This document shows positions 35,081-49,620 of a DNA stretch of 64,000 nucleotides, in pieces. The stretch comes from Phoronis australis (lineage: Eukaryota; Animalia; Phoronida). The position numbers and the translations under genes were made by a program. The notes under the pieces are model-generated. The model was not told where the DNA came from. It did no database searches and saw nothing but the letters and a program-made list of their open reading frames with translations. Within the stretch, counting starts at the first letter, position 1, and each line of letters begins with the position of its first letter. The stretch is taken from NCBI GenBank assembly GCA_002633005.1, contig NMRA01000351.1, positions 1 to 64,000 on the forward strand, given 5' to 3'.

Positions 35081-38000
35081 CAGCACACATCACGAATTTT
35101 TGTCCGCCCGGTCGGAAATTGGTCGGCAAATTAGCCGACCTGTCGGCTAAAAATTAACCGACCGGCAGCCGCCCGCAGTGCCGACTCATAAGGCAACTCC
35201 CCAGCCGACCCTTCAGCCGACTCTTCAGCCGACCGGCCATCAGCCGACCAGGTGGTCGGCTGCTATTTTTAGGCTAGAGTAGCAGTTGCGTAAGAGGTTG
35301 TCAGGCTGATACCACTTTGCGTGTCGATGCATATTCGTCTTAGCACAGGGTCAAATAAATTAACCTTGTTTTAATGTCTCGGTTTCATGAGTCAGTCACG
35401 TCGCTTGTGTAACACCACTAATTCGAAGGTTGAAGGCAAGCGGTACTAGTAAACATTGGATTATGGACAATGCAACAAGTTTTGGATGAAAAACGTGAAA
35501 GTTTTCTTCACATTTTATCTTTAATTTGACTCTTGACATTAACAAGATGTATCATATTGGTTGCTTCCCGGTCAATACAACGCTGTAGTAATTTTGTAAA
35601 CGCAGCTATTTTTAGCAGTCTTCGCCCGCAATTGATTTTGTTTGTGTAACTCCAAACTGCATCTTTTTGCGTTTTTTTAGTCACCGGACTCCTATCACGC
35701 GCCCATGATGATGGATTAGTGAGTGAGTTGTTACACCGTGAAGTGCTCTCACTCAGGGGATTTCATTTTCATAGTATTGACGCATGCAGTACAGACGCAA
35801 AATTCACGGTGCAGTATGCCCTAAACCCACGGACTTCGATGGCTCTAACTTCGAAATCATATTATGGTTACGATTTCCAGGAACTAAGACGGTGACATCA
35901 CCACTGTTGAGGCTACAGGAATTGTAGCTTTGCGCATTCCGTTTTCATGTATCGGTGATGTTAAAATCCGGGCTAGCAGTTACATGTATACACGTAGTCC
36001 CCTATCGTTGTTCCAAAAATAAATATTTTCTGTCAACAACATATTGACAAATTACGCAAAATAAAGCAATTGTGAATGGGAAGATGTGAATACGTGATGA
36101 AGAGGTATTCACTATGCGGCATATGTGGGTGAACCTTTGGTAAAGCGATTGCGATGGCAAAAAATGATAGAAAATACACAAAGGTGCACTTTTGAGAAAC
36201 AAAGCGTCTGGTGATATTGATAGCGTATGATCTGGCCACCTTAGGTAGTAAGTGACGCTGAATGAGAAGTGGCAACTACATGTTTGGCGCGAAAATAAAG
36301 AAATCACCACCCACAACCCTCCCCGAATTTTGCACATTCTAATGAGTCACCACTCGAGATTTGGTTCAGTTTCAGTCCTAAAATCGCAGAATAATTCTTC
36401 TGTGCTCAGCTGTAAGAAAAAATACAATTTTTGTTGAAACGGTGCTCAGTCTTAATAAAGTTTTCAGCATGAGAGCGCTTTATCAGAAATGCCAAGCACA
36501 CGCAGTGTTGTAAGAGAGAGACGTTGGTGTTTCCGTATGTCCACAAAAGTGCTTTGAGCAGTGTGTACAAATTTGTTCATTTCGCTTTTCTACACCGAAG
36601 ACTATGGCCAACACGGTGTTTTAACTACACTTTTGAGGGCATTTTCAAAAAATAAATGTTTTGTTGATGAATTCAGCGAGTTGGTTCCGACGGGCAGGAA
36701 AAGGTATCTGCGTAAATAAAGAGTTGCGTTTTCAAAACATTCACAGCATGAGCTCAAGGACTACCTGAGACAGAAAATAAAACCGATTACCAAACAGAAA
36801 CTTGTCCAATGAATATATAGCTCTTGGAAAACTGTTACCCGGATGAAATGTGCAAAATACGAACGTCATTTACGGAAGGTTGTACCAGAAGTGATTCGTT
36901 GCAGTGGAGTCGCCACGGGATAGTAAAAACACTGTGCTGTGCACTAGTTAGCTGAATGGAAAGCTGAAGCGGAAAAATCCAGAACACACATTTTCTATTC
37001 AGGAATTGAAATCTGTAGAATTAAAAACAATTGGCAACCAGGATTTATTGCGTCAGAAAACTTATCACGCCAGGAGAGAATTGTTTTCATGGCTAGAGAC
37101 TACGTGATCACCCATTATGCAATGATGACAATCCTGAGTGTGTACCTATACATTGGCATCTATTGTAAAACGTGGATTAGACGAAAGAAATTCAACTGCA
37201 TTTCCAAGATAATATGTCTGTTGTCGGTGAGAGGTTGAACATATAGCCCTTGTTTAGTATAGTACGGACATTATCACTTTGAAAGATCAATGCTTGGGGA
37301 TGGTGACGTGGTGTTCTGGCGTGAAAGTTACTGATATGGTAAATTTTTGAACCTGACTCATTAAATTTTCAGTTCGGTCGTATTTTATTTTGATCCTGAA
37401 GTGAAGAATTTTTGGTCCTCACTTGATAAATTATAGGTGCTGATGTGATAAATTTTCAGTCTTGACGTGGTGAATTTTGGTCTTCATTTGCTCTTTGGTC
37501 TTCTGTGTGAAAACAATCTCAATGTATTGGATTGTTTTAATTCCTGCTTAAGTAAAAAATTTCTGATTTTGAGATATTTATTTTTGGTCCTGGAGAGTTT
37601 ACATGTTTTGCTTGGTTTTAATTTTGCATAGAAAAGATGTGTCGTTAAATGTTTCAAATTAGGCCTCCCATAAATGTGGGAGAGCAGGTTGTGTAGCATT
37701 GTACTATGTAACTTCTTATATAAATCTAGGTGTTGTGATTTAGTAATTCAATGAAAAATGAGTAGTTGAGGCTTCTTTTGAAATACTGTATCCTTTGTAA
37801 AGGCCTGGTGTAGATGGCTCAGTGTGATATTATGTAAGCTTTATTATCCTCCATGGCTTAACAACTATATATCTTCATACATGCCTGTAATAGAGGTACT
37901 CCCAGGATCATTAAGCATGTGTATGCTTTAATTCTAATGAGGCGTGCTTCGAATGTTCAATTAGTATTCATACTTTTGCAGTGGTTCATAACAAAGGGAT

Positions 38001-40167
38001 TCATTAAACCCAGTAAATATTTTTGCAACTGCCGATCTGCATATTAGACATGCATATTGCATCATACCTCATCAGAGTAAAACTTGTTATCAATCATAGT
38101 AGAAAAAAAATATTTTTATCATTGCCACAAGACGTTAACAAACGCAGTCAGTGTCTGTAGCTGTTGTATCAACATTGCTGATGAACTAAAGTCGGTCTAA
38201 TTCCATTTTTATATCACTGATTCATGCCAAAAGTTTGAAATTACGCCCCCTGAAGAATTTTGACTTGCCATTGTGATTACTAGAATCCGATGCAATAAAC
38301 TTATAGAAGTTGTTTTTTAACCAGTGTATTATAGCTGAAAATTGTGTGCTTTTTTGTTTGCGAGAGTGTTCTTTTTGAATCAATAGGTTAATCATTTTTA
38401 CGCTCTACATGAAAACACAGACTACTTTTTTTAGGATTACATGTACCAGGTTACCCCAAAATATTATTTTCAAAGTTTTACCCCTTGGAGTATACGCGGA
38501 AGGCCAAGTATTGTGTTCTTACGCCAAAGGGCTCGGAAGGCTCTAGCCTTGGTGCGAAGCTGTTTACTAAATTAAATATACAAACTTGCGCCATTGTGGG
38601 TAAAAACTGACCGAATAAAATCTTCCTACAGTAAGCTAAATTATTTACCAGCGTTGCAAAAAATGTTTTTCTACAATTATTCTGCTGCTAAAGTTATGGT
38701 GTGATCTTATGCGTCGACTTTCGACCCAATGAAATATTGCGTCGCCTATTAGCCAGTTTCTTTTTCCCAGATTCTTCAATCAAACGTTCTCCCTCGAGGT
38801 TGTGTAAACATCACAACAAATGATCAGAATTGGTTTCACTTCATTATATGTTTTTTGGAATTTTGATATCAGTGATCCGAATTTTAGAACAAATTTTGCT
38901 GAGATGTTGTTATCATCTAATGGGAGATGTTGAAAAAATTTTGGAAGTGGCGCGTGTCACAATGAACTTTTTTCAAAACGACGACATACGTTTTTTCGTT
39001 AAAAAAGGCAGAGAATTACGCAGGAAGATGACATCGGATGTTTTTCGCTTAAACGACCGTAATGGGCAACTTGAATGCCAATTGACTTCCAGATTTTGCA
39101 TGCACACCCGCCGGTCTTGAGCTCATGTTGATAAAGCTTTTCGACGAGGTGACAAGCGTAACTATCCGGGCTGTGTGAAGTTTCGAGGTCTGTTTGATCT
39201 CAATAAGCAGTGGCACCTTGCTGTGTTTTGAAAATAGTCTTTATACAACTAGTTGGCTAGATAGGAAGGCTCTAGTTTCGAAAAGATTTTTTACTGCGAA
39301 AGTGACAACAATTTCAGAATGATGATGGATGACAATATAAACCGATCACAGTCTTCTGTTTTCATGCGCCCAAGATTTAATATCGGCGCTATGTTCAAAT
39401 CATTGTTTTTGTTGTTCCTAAAATAAACTTTGGTTCTATTGCTGTACCAACATATTATGAATTATACAGAAATAAACAATAATTATCTGTGGTAAAGAGC
39501 AATATACAGCGTGATGAAGTGATGATCAAAAGCAATAACGGATGAACGCAAATGCGTGATGCTTGTTGAGCATTCCGCTGCATGAAAACACTTGAGGTCG
39601 TAAAATATCCCGTGTTGTATTCTGATTTTTATGCAATTTTACTGTAAATTTCAAATTTCGTGCTTGCTTTTCTGCATAATGTACTGTATAAAAAGTCTCA
39701 TATCTGAATTTAGAAATTATGCTTCCGCGATATCACTTAACGTTTGATTTTACGACGCCGTCATTAATTCAACATAAAGTTTTAGGCTGGTGTAATGTCA
39801 CGCACTTCGTATTTGTAGGTTGATTCGATTTTACCCCCATTCAATAGTTGAACACAAGTTGATAAACCTATGTCAAGACCGGAGTTGCCACTGGTAAACG
39901 AACAGCGAACAGTTAAATGTTTGTTCGTCCAAAGTTCACCCGCTAAGTCATAAAATGGTAATTGCCGACCAGGGACACGCTTAATCCGAATTGGTCGTCT
40001 ACGCTAGGCGACCACTTAGCCGACCCAAGTGCCGACCACAGAGGCGACTCAGCAGACGGCTCCTAGCCGACCGTTGTTGGTCGGCTGCTGGTCGGCTAGA
40101 CGACCTGTCGACGGCCGGTCGTCGACCAATTTCCGACCGGTCGGCCAAAAATTCGTGATGTGTGCTG
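35081..40167. mobile_element. 5.1-kb TA-flanked TIR element (CAGCACACATCACGAATTTT ends, GCCGAC-rich subtermini)
   Basis: TA|cagcacacatcacgaatttttgtccgcccggtcggaaattggtcg ... cgaccaatttccgaccggtcggccaaaaattcgtgatgtgtgctg|TA. Confidence 0.9.
36747..36926 (+). pseudogene. Tc1/IS630-family transposase C-terminal fragment
   Basis: HELKDYLRQKIKPITKQKLVQ*IYSSWKTVTRMKCAKYERHLRKVVPEVIRCSGVATG** resembles the post-catalytic tail of Tc1-like transposases. Preceded by cacag. Confidence 0.7.
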
Positions 40168-41675
40168 TATGTGACTTATATCTCGACTTTCCTGTCAGTG
40201 TGGTAGTGTGTAGACATATTTTTTTATTATCCCATACATATTGAATCAGTCAAGTGCAATACGGCCACATGATATAGGTGAGATTCTCAAAAAGTCCGTT
40301 CCCGTGTTTGTGAGTCAATGAATGGTGTTTGCTGGTACGGGAGTCGTGTTCATGCATCCGTGACCGTGTTTATGAATCTGTTAACTGTGTAGCTTATGTA
40401 CCTTGTTACTAACATACATACAATTCTTGGCATGTTTCTGAATCGTTTTGTGCTTCTGCAAACAGCAGTTTTGGGCCAATTAGGACACTGGTGAAACCAT
40501 GAATAATTGAATGAGTGTGCGACTTCACAAGAGACTGGCAAGATGTCTGCTCCTTGTTCATTCATGTCTCAGATTCTGCTCAAAATTCTCAGCTCCTGGA
40601 ATTTTCAGATATTGGTCTAAGGCTACTGCAAACAAAAATGGATCAACATTAAGCGCAAGAAAAGTATTATTGCTGAGAAGTTTTTGTGAAAAAACAGAGC
40701 TATTCTATTACAATCAGTATAACAGACACTTAATGGCTGTATCAAAAATCGAAACAGCCCTTAAAGTGTAAATTGCAAGGTCTAAGTATGTTAAATTGTA
40801 ATAATATTTTCAAGATATTGTTAGTTGGATATATCTTCTTCCAATTATCATGTTATTGTATCTGTAGTTACGTTAAAAAGCGAAAATTAAAAAAAATCCG
40901 CGAAAAGTTGACCTTTGACACTGTGACATGGTGTTGGGGAACACAAACTAGATCAATATCCCACAATGCAGTTTACCGCCCATACAAAACAGTGGAAGAC
41001 GAACAAGGAGCGTTCAATCTTGGCGTGATTTAGACATGGTACATCGGTGTGTNGATGTCGAACTACCAGAAAATCAAGGAGATTGTCACTGTCAGTTCCA
41101 TTTAACAGATCTCAAAGAAATGCATATCTGTTGCCACCCCAATATATCATTTGCCACAAATCAAAGTCCATCACAGCGAACTTCACAAACTAAAGAAAAC
41201 TTGAAAAGCTATCCCATTTTCAAACATTCACTAGTAAATAGGCCTACCTATTCTTAATTTAATACCATTCATGGTAAAAACTTTAGTTTAGGACAGAGAA
41301 AAAATAATTAGTTTGCTTGATAAATTTACAGTTTTATTAGGTGTCCTAATCTCAAAGTTACTGGTTTTAGTTTTTACCTGCATGTGAGTGATCAGCCCTA
41401 CTCTTTATGAACTTCTAAGCCTAATTTTCTTACCCTTTTATGTAAAAACATGAGCTGTGTTTGGAATTTGAGAAATATAAAAATGCAAATATTGTCCGTG
41501 TTCTGAAATTCAATCTTGAATATTCAAATGTTGCTCAGATTTCAATGTCTCACATTTTGGAGATTCTTGAATTGGAGAATGTTTACTCTTCCAAATATGT
41601 GCTATCTAAAACAGGAAGCCATTTTAACTCTTACAGTAAATAAGACGCTTTTCAATTTCGCACAAAAGCTGTTGC

Positions 41676-41802
41676 CAAAATGACCAGTCCTCTTCCAAAA
41701 TAACCAGTCTTCTATTCCAAAATGACCAGTCCTCTTCCAAAATGACCAGTCCTCTATGACCAAATGACCAGTCCTCTATTCCAAAATGACCAGTCCTCTA
41801 TT
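41676..41802. repeat. ~20-22-bp minisatellite (CCAAAATGACCAGTCCTCT[AT]T)
   Basis: Read directly; about 6 copies. Confidence 0.9.
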
Positions 41803-42024
41803 TCTAAATCTGAAGTACGGAATTAGAAATTTTGTTCTAAATTAGTGGAAAAATGGTTACGAACAATTATTTAAATGCACTTCTGAAAATACACCATGGC
41901 ACTGTGTATAGTGGTTGGTTTTATCACCGACACTCTGCATTATATATAAAATGACTTAGCTCTGGACATTAAAAAATGGGTAAAGGTGTCAAATGTGGCT
42001 CGAACAATATTTCAGTGCTTATTA

Positions 42025-44455
42025 CCATAATCGTTCGGGTTAACGCCCTGGGCGGTTAGATTGGCGAATCCAAAAAATCGGGGGAGGGCGGTTAACCGAG
42101 CAGTGGGCGGTTAAATCGAAAATCCACCTAAAGTAGGGGATGGGCGGTTAACCGAACATGGGCGCTTATTACGACAGACAACCGCCCTGGGCGGTTAACC
42201 TTACCTGGCGATCTAAATCCCGAATGGACAATCATACTCGGAACGCGTAGCCCTCTTCAAAGAGCTTTATCGGCACGTCACCAAATGACTGAAAACGTCA
42301 TAACATTGGATGATCCCAACAAAGGTTCTCTTCCCCTCAGATTAGTTATTCACTATTAAATTTACAAAATTGCTGAGTAATAGCCCCGTGTCGTCCTGCG
42401 GTGCGCAGACGACCAGTCACCCCGCAGCCTCCACTAGAATGTGATGTGACCCTGCTTAAGTGCGCGCGTGCTTCACATGTTGCAGAGGTCAGACATCAAA
42501 TTTATGGTTACAGCAGAGACCTTTGGTTACAGTCTCGTACTATATGTAGCTGTCACGTTCCGAGTCAGAGAGCAGTTTTAAAATTGGTTGTAATAAAAGT
42601 TTGAAAAACTTAACTCTGCTGTTTTTTTGTGTTTGGGATGTTGTAGTCGACACTCCGTTACTCAATGACATTTTCAGCGTATGGTTCTGCAGCTAGCTGT
42701 CTTATCTCGACACCCCGGCATTGCTCTCTTGCCGTTGCGCCAATCATGCTATGCAAAGAAGTAAGACAAGGATCGGGGGTGGTCGAGCCAATCGTCGATC
42801 AAGAATAAAATTTCAAGCAACTGCATAAATATATTACAAAATGTCAGAAAACAGCAATGTTTCAATTCATTATTCTAAACGATCACCTTACCAAACTTCG
42901 TGGTGGAAAAGCATTTATTTTTCATGGAAGATGTCCAGATTATCCTATTTATATCGCTTGTAATATCGCACTGCGGCACTGTTCGGTCCCGCTGTTCTCG
43001 AGCAATGTCTCAGTCGGCTGACAATCGTGACTTGGATATGCCGTCAAGTAATATAACGGCCTCTTTTAATATGCATCTCGTTTTTTATGGCCAAAGATAG
43101 TGGCGGTATTCAGCACCCACGTAGGGCCTACGTGTGAGTCACCTGTCAGTCACATGTTGGTGTCAAGGTAACATGCACTCCAAAGTGTGGGAACTTGCGC
43201 ACGTGCACCACTACAAATCAGTCACACATAGCGACAGTCCGACGAAGTAACAAACACGGGCGTGACTATGTACTTTTAAGCTGTTGTTACGAAAGACCCA
43301 GTTCTTTACGATATTCCTCCGTTGCCAATGTTCCCCAAAACTGCGATGTCAAGTCTATTCCCATATTTCCCGGCTCGATGCTCCCTAAGCCCATCCCTGT
43401 AACTAGCTGCGTGAATCTCCTACCCACTACCGTTAAGCAGTCTACGTCGTAGATATTTCAGACTCGAATGGTAAGAATTTTTGTTCAGGCTGAAAATGGC
43501 CAATGTATAAACAAAATTAGTCTGGATGGCTAAAAAGGGGATGTGGAAACGATAATTCACACAGTCACGCTTACGTGGGGGCTGACGCAAGAAATAGTAA
43601 AGAACAGCCAGCGACATTAGTTAAATCTGCTAACCAGTTTGACTGAGATGCAATAAGCGAAAAACAAAAAATTTGACTCGCTTTTTTATTACTTCAAGAT
43701 CATACACAAACATACATTATTGCCAACGTTTGAATTCAGAAATCGACAGGCAGCAACGAAATCAGTAACCCAGTAAGGCACTTGTACTGTCCCTTCGGTC
43801 GCCCTACACATCTTCTATAACCCGGCAGTTATATTCATCAAAATATTGAGAATTTGATATATTTCCGTGAGTTGTGAGATTTGTTCAAAATACGAGAGCT
43901 TCCCACCTTAATAGAATTTGGAAGGTTGGCAAAACCATTGTCACATTTCTCTGGCCTGATTTTTTCGAATATATGTTTTATCTAGTGCACTGCAGACGGA
44001 AACTCAGCGCGGCAGACAAAGTCGCTGAAAGCGGAGGTTTTGACGCCGGCGGCGTTCTTAAAAGTTTGCCAACAAGGGAAGAAAATAAAGTGACAAAAAG
44101 GTTCAAGTATTATATTTTGAAGTGAGTTCATGACCCAAGACAATAACTCGTTACCTGTATTGTAATTCAGATTGCTAAACCACCGTCTCGGAGTCCCGGC
44201 GTCGTTGCACTCATTGTGATCATAGATCTTTTTCTAAAAGTCGGGGAATCGCGCGTTTCCTTAGCACTAGGCGCTAAATCTTCCTTCTTTAAAAGTCGGG
44301 GATGGGCGCTTAACCGAGAGGTGGGCGCTTAACTGGAAATCTTCAAAAATCGCAGGGGGGCGCTTAACCGAGCAGTGGGCGGTTAAATCGAAAATCCACT
44401 TAAAGTCGGGGATGGGCGGTTAACTGAGCATGGGCGTTAACCCGAATGATTACGG
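42025..44455. mobile_element. TA-flanked non-autonomous TIR element (Tc1/mariner-pogo-like)
   Basis: TA|ccataatcgttcgggttaacgccc ... gggcgttaacccgaatgattacgg|TA, with GGGCGGTTAA subterminal repeats at both ends. Confidence 0.88.
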
Positions 44456-45932
44456 TACACACAGTTACTGTAACAGTCCAGTCTGAGTTCATATATTGAA
44501 TGCTTGGTTATACGTACAGTAGGCCTACAGTAGTGTTAATCAGATGATCCAAAAACATTGTAACAAAACTCATTATCATGAATTTGTGCGCTAGGGAGAA
44601 TATTAGAACTGTGACTCCTGCAATATGCAACTTTTCAGATGAGCACTCCACATACTTAATGAGTAATCCATGTGATATTAATGAACAGTGTTTGAAATCC
44701 TCTTAGTATAAAAATACGCATGATCGTTTATCTTCAATTCATAACTGATGTTTGTAGCTTTTAGCTTATAGTACTTCTGATTCAGTATTTGAAAATTGAA
44801 AACCTCACTGTAATGTTTATTTGTAGCAAAAATTATTGGTTTATGCATTTTGAAAATTCGCCAATTTGTATTGGTAGAGATGTTTACTCCATTTAATGCC
44901 GGATTATTTAGTCTTAATTAGGTCTTCTTGCTCGGACGGTCATCACAAGTGTGTGCGACTCTGGAGCTGCACACTCTTTGATCCTGGTGAAAGCTGTTCA
45001 GAACACGGCTGAAAAGACCAGCTGTGAATTAGTGATTTATTGAAATATATACACATTATGGCCATAGGCCCAAAGTATAACATGTACAAGACAGAACAAT
45101 GTCAGGTGTGTTACAAACTGGATAATAAACAAATAATTCATGACATGTAAAGGAAGCAGGCACTTATTGCACTAGGCCACACTATCTCCTCCCATAACTG
45201 CAACACCTGAGCAGGCATTTTTGTCCCATTGTCCAGGTGTCTGCTTGATATCTCAAAAACCTATTGTCATGTTTAGATTTCAAAACCTATTGTCATGTTT
45301 TGATGAAATCTGCAATACAAAGTCGAAGGGCACATGTAGGGCAGTGCATGTTTTTTTTTCTGTCTCCCCTACTCCTGGGGCTAGGGCACGGGGTTTTTCA
45401 GTCTATTTGGCAAAGGACTTTTCTCATAATATCTTTAAAACTGCATGGCAGCTAGATTTTATTCAAACATAGCACAATGATCTGTGACGTGCATGTGCCA
45501 GCACCAGGTGTCAGCACCAGCAGATTTTCAGACAGATTTGACCATGCCCTACAACACCATCCTAGTGGTCATTTTACTTTCAACCTCAAAAAATACTTTC
45601 AGTATTTGGGCTGATGTCTTAGCTACAGTTTGGCGGCTTTCAATGAAACTTGACATGGAGTCATGTGGCGACAACGTGACTCCACCAGTCTGACTGATTG
45701 GAATTAGCAGCACCCCCTAGTGGCTGTTCCGTTTTGGAGATGACCTCAGCTACCAGTTTTAAGTAGCTTTCATGAAATGCTGTGCTCCCTTGTCTTATTT
45801 TTTTATCTGCCTTTAAATCGCTGATAGTTTCATGAGCTTTTTGTAAAAAGAATTATACTCATTATTTGCCAATTTTGGGTGTTGTGTTGTTGTGGCGTTA
45901 TATTTCTTTGTTGAAAATGGAATTTTTTGTTA

Positions 45933-46512
45933 GGTTAAATGGTGAGGTACCAACACTTTGGTGTTAAATGGTGAGGTACCAATACTTTGTTGTTAAATGG
46001 TGAGGTACCAACACTTTGGTGTTAAATGGTAAGGTACCAATACTTTGTTGTTAAATGGTGAGGAACCAACACTTTTGTGTTTAATGGTGAGGTACCAACA
46101 TTTTTGTGTTAAATGGTGAGTTACCAACACTTGTGTTTAATGGTGAGGTACCAACACTTTTGTGCTTAGTGGTGAGTTACCAAAACTTTTGCGTTAAATG
46201 GTGAGGTACCAACACTTGTGTTTAATGGTGAGGTACCAATACTTGTGTTTAATGGTGAGTTACCAACTCTTTTGTGTTTAATGGTGAGGTGCCAACACTT
46301 GTGTTAAATGGTGAGGTACCAACACTTTTGTGTTAAATGGTGAGGTACCAACACTTTTGCGTTAAATGGTGAGGTACCAACACTTTTGGGTTAAATGGTG
46401 AGGTACCAACACTTTTGTGTTAAATGGTGAGGTACCAACACTTTTGCGTTTAATGGTGAGGTACCAACGCTTTTGTGTTAAATGTTAAGGTACCAACACT
46501 TTTGCGTTTAAT
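45933..46512. repeat. ~29-bp minisatellite (GTTAAATGGTGAGGTACCAACACTTTTGT), ~20 copies
   Basis: Read directly; ends about 130 bp upstream of the first visible exon. Confidence 0.95.
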
Positions 46513-46643
46513 CTAGCTATTCTGGTCATCTGGAGCTGCAAGTTTTGTAGTTTCGCAATTTTTCAAAATTCATTAATACCAGGAATATGTGACGTCCTTA
46601 TATTTTTACGGGAACACCAAATCTGCTTGTTTTGATAATGCAG

Positions 46644-46759
46644 GTGAGAGAACTGGAGGGCGTGCTTGGAGGTGAACAGCCCAGTCAGATTGTATGGACC
46701 TCTTCCAGTAATGCTAACCCTGACAGCTTTGATATTGATGACATCCAGTGTGCCAACGG
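46644..46759 (+). CDS. HSD17B7: 3-ketosteroid reductase / 17-beta-HSD7 internal exon (116 bp)
   Basis: AG|...|GTAAG boundaries. VRELEGVLGGEQPSQIVWTSSSNANPDSFDIDDIQCANG aligns with the human sequence as I recall it (IRELEPLL...PSQLIWTSS...FSLEDFQHSKG). Confidence 0.9.
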
Positions 46760-48535
46760 GTAAGCATAGTTGTCAAATTATGGGTAAGGTAAAATTGCAG
46801 CAACTGTTGTTATTTTACATCTGAATGTTAGTGTTGGGAAATACTTTCATTTTTCTGGTCTTCATTATGCGCCATCATAATGTGCACTTGGGCGTTGTGC
46901 GCTCCACTTGTCAAAATTAAATGAAGGAATAACTATGATGGACTGAATATGGCATGCTTGGAAATGAGCCAAGGCTATCGAAGGGTTACCACATTGCCAT
47001 GTCTTTAGGCCCATAAGGTCCTTGATATCTGAAATGATGTTTTTTGCAGCCTTCTTTTACACAAGTTTCACATCATAATGTGAATTGTTGTGAGGACTAG
47101 ACAGGGACCTCGTGGGTCTTGTGCTCCACTGGCTTATATACTCTAATTTGAATAGGTTTGTTGTACCTTGTGGGTCATAAAAGAGATAGTGATACCAACA
47201 GCTGACAAGGCAAGCAGAGTTACTCTTGTTGGTCACATTGGTGCACTCAAATGAGAAATTAAGAATTACACTCTTATATACTACATGACTGTCAACTTGT
47301 TTTGTTGTTTTGGGAGACTTAAGTCTCAGTGCCATGTGCACAACAACGATGCAAGATTTTTTAGTTTTCACAATGATCAACATTAAAAATGGAAAGCAAA
47401 TATGTACCCCCTGTACTTTTTAACATCTTTCATTTCACGTCCGTTCTCACTAGCTGTATCAGAATGACTATCAACTCTGCTACATTGCGCGAGTTAGGTT
47501 CTTGTAAATTTTACATTAAGTTCATTAAATTTGCAGTTTTAAAGCTAAGCTGATACTGTGTTTACTCATATTTGCAGTATTATAACATGAAAGTAATTTT
47601 AAGATGTTGATTGTAAATCAATTTTGACGTCTTTCTTTGCTGAGAGTGTAGCCACTTAAATTACTGCGTATTAAGTCTCTTGCGGTGATTCTCCACTCTG
47701 CCAGGCTGGCCCTGACTGCATTTTGCATTTGAAAGATCTCAGCCAAAACTTCATTGATATTAGTGGAAAGAAATGCTTGAATGTGTCCGTTTTTTTCAAA
47801 GAATTTAATTCTGAAACTATTGCATGTCATTGAAAAGCGCAAAACTGTAAACGCATCTTCAGGCAGTTCTTATTAAACCATTGGCTTTACGAGCAATAAA
47901 ATGTAATTGGCCAAATAGATCTGTCAGTGGTTTTCTGTTGAGCCCAGATCGTCCGGAGTAGCTCCTCATGCCAACTCCGGACGATCTCTCACGACAATTT
48001 AGCGTTATGTAATGCAGTTGCACACAGAGGCCCATGGGCCTAATGGCATAGCATCACAGTACTCTCCTTATGCTCCGGGATTTGGCCAAATTTCCCCGAG
48101 AATTTTGTTTTTAATATTGAGAGCTTGTTGCTTTTATTTTAGAAAATGTTTGCAAGAGGGTGTCAAGTCAGCTGACTAAGAACTACGTTTGATTGTAGTC
48201 TTCATTTTGACATTATGCAAAGATTACGAAAAAAGAAATTTTTTTGCAACTCAGTTCCATTGCACACTCTATTATCATTCAGGCAATGAATTTTCATAAC
48301 TGAGTGATTTGGAACCCTTGACCTTGTCTACCGGGACTAAATAGGTGCTTAACTTTTTGCCCTCAGTGCCTGGGCACTTGCTGGTAAAGGGCTCATCAGT
48401 TGTTGTTACCGCACTAGAAATAATGCTCAGTAAATGTTCTTTCCAGCAAACAAGTCAATAGCTGCTGATAATGTTTGTCACAGTCCTTGTTATTACTCGA
48501 AATTGGAGAGGCTTACCTGTTACAAAACACAACTA

Positions 48536-49620
48536 CCGAATTCGCCCTAATAACTGCCCAGGGCGCTTAGAAAAGTTCAGGAGTGGATGGGGCGCTTTTG
48601 TAACTCAAGGCAGTTGAAACCTGGTCTCCGAAATAGGTGAAATCGGAAGCTAAAATTCATCATATTTACGTTCTGTGACGTATCTGTAACCTATGACAGA
48701 CTTTCTACAAAATTGGGATGCATTGTTATCAAACTTTGTTGTTAAATTACCATCATTTTACAGGAAATTGTGCTGAAATCCCATTGCAAAAACTCGCCGA
48801 CTGAATGCCTCGCTATCGGCAATATGGCAACTTGAGTGCTTGAATAAAAATAGTTTCGACTCAAGCAAATTACCTGAAATCTTTTTTAAGTTTTCCAAAT
48901 AGCGTCCCTAAGATTTTTAAGTTCCCGTGGAGTAGGGATTAATGGCAGGTTAAGTCCAAATCTGTGCTAGGTCGTGCTATCATTGATCGTAGGCCTACCC
49001 GGAAACACGAGAAAAATCTCTGGACGAACACACATGTTGTTGTCACTTGACGTTTGTTTTGAAGTTCATCTGCGTGTGTGTTAGGGCGCATGCGTGTCAC
49101 TAGAGTTCATTTTCCAGAGTACTGGAACGCAAAGGCTAACGATCTAGATGTGCATTGTATCTAAAGAAATTAGCACAAGCAGTAAAGCAGAACGTGTTTC
49201 ATTCAGCACTTGCCGGTCTCACCTGCTAAAAAGCATTCGACAATCGTCTCGGTAAGGCCCATATTAGTCGCCGTGTGTCTGGATGCGTAGGTGACTTGTC
49301 TGACAGTTATTTTTCGGTTGAAGGGTGTGTAAGCATTCACTGTCAGTAGCCATTTTATCGGATATTTGGCTCAAACAATCCCTCTTCAAAATAACGCTAT
49401 AAATTTTTATGGTGTTAGAAACTGTCAGAAATTAGTGCCAATATTTATTTCTTGCCGATGCTATGCTACCCGTTTCATGAATGGATAGCCCGGCTAATGT
49501 CTTTGATGACAGGTACATGTGGCGCACGCTTCCATGCCACGTGCTTTTAACACTGTTCAAGTTCTTTCATTAATCGTCGATTCGCAGTTTTCATGTGTAC
49601 AAAGAAATTTGAATTCCTGT
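48536..49620 (+). mobile_element. TA-flanked TIR element 'family A', one end only
   Basis: TA|ccgaattcgccctaataactgccc. The interior matches 1253-1750 (direct) and 5740-6565 (inverted). Confidence 0.75.

Noticed and set aside
45933-46512. 29-31-bp repeat arrays (also 19040-19538) as CRISPR-like arrays
   Set aside because: The units are contiguous with no unique spacers, there are no cas genes, and the context is eukaryotic; these are minisatellites.
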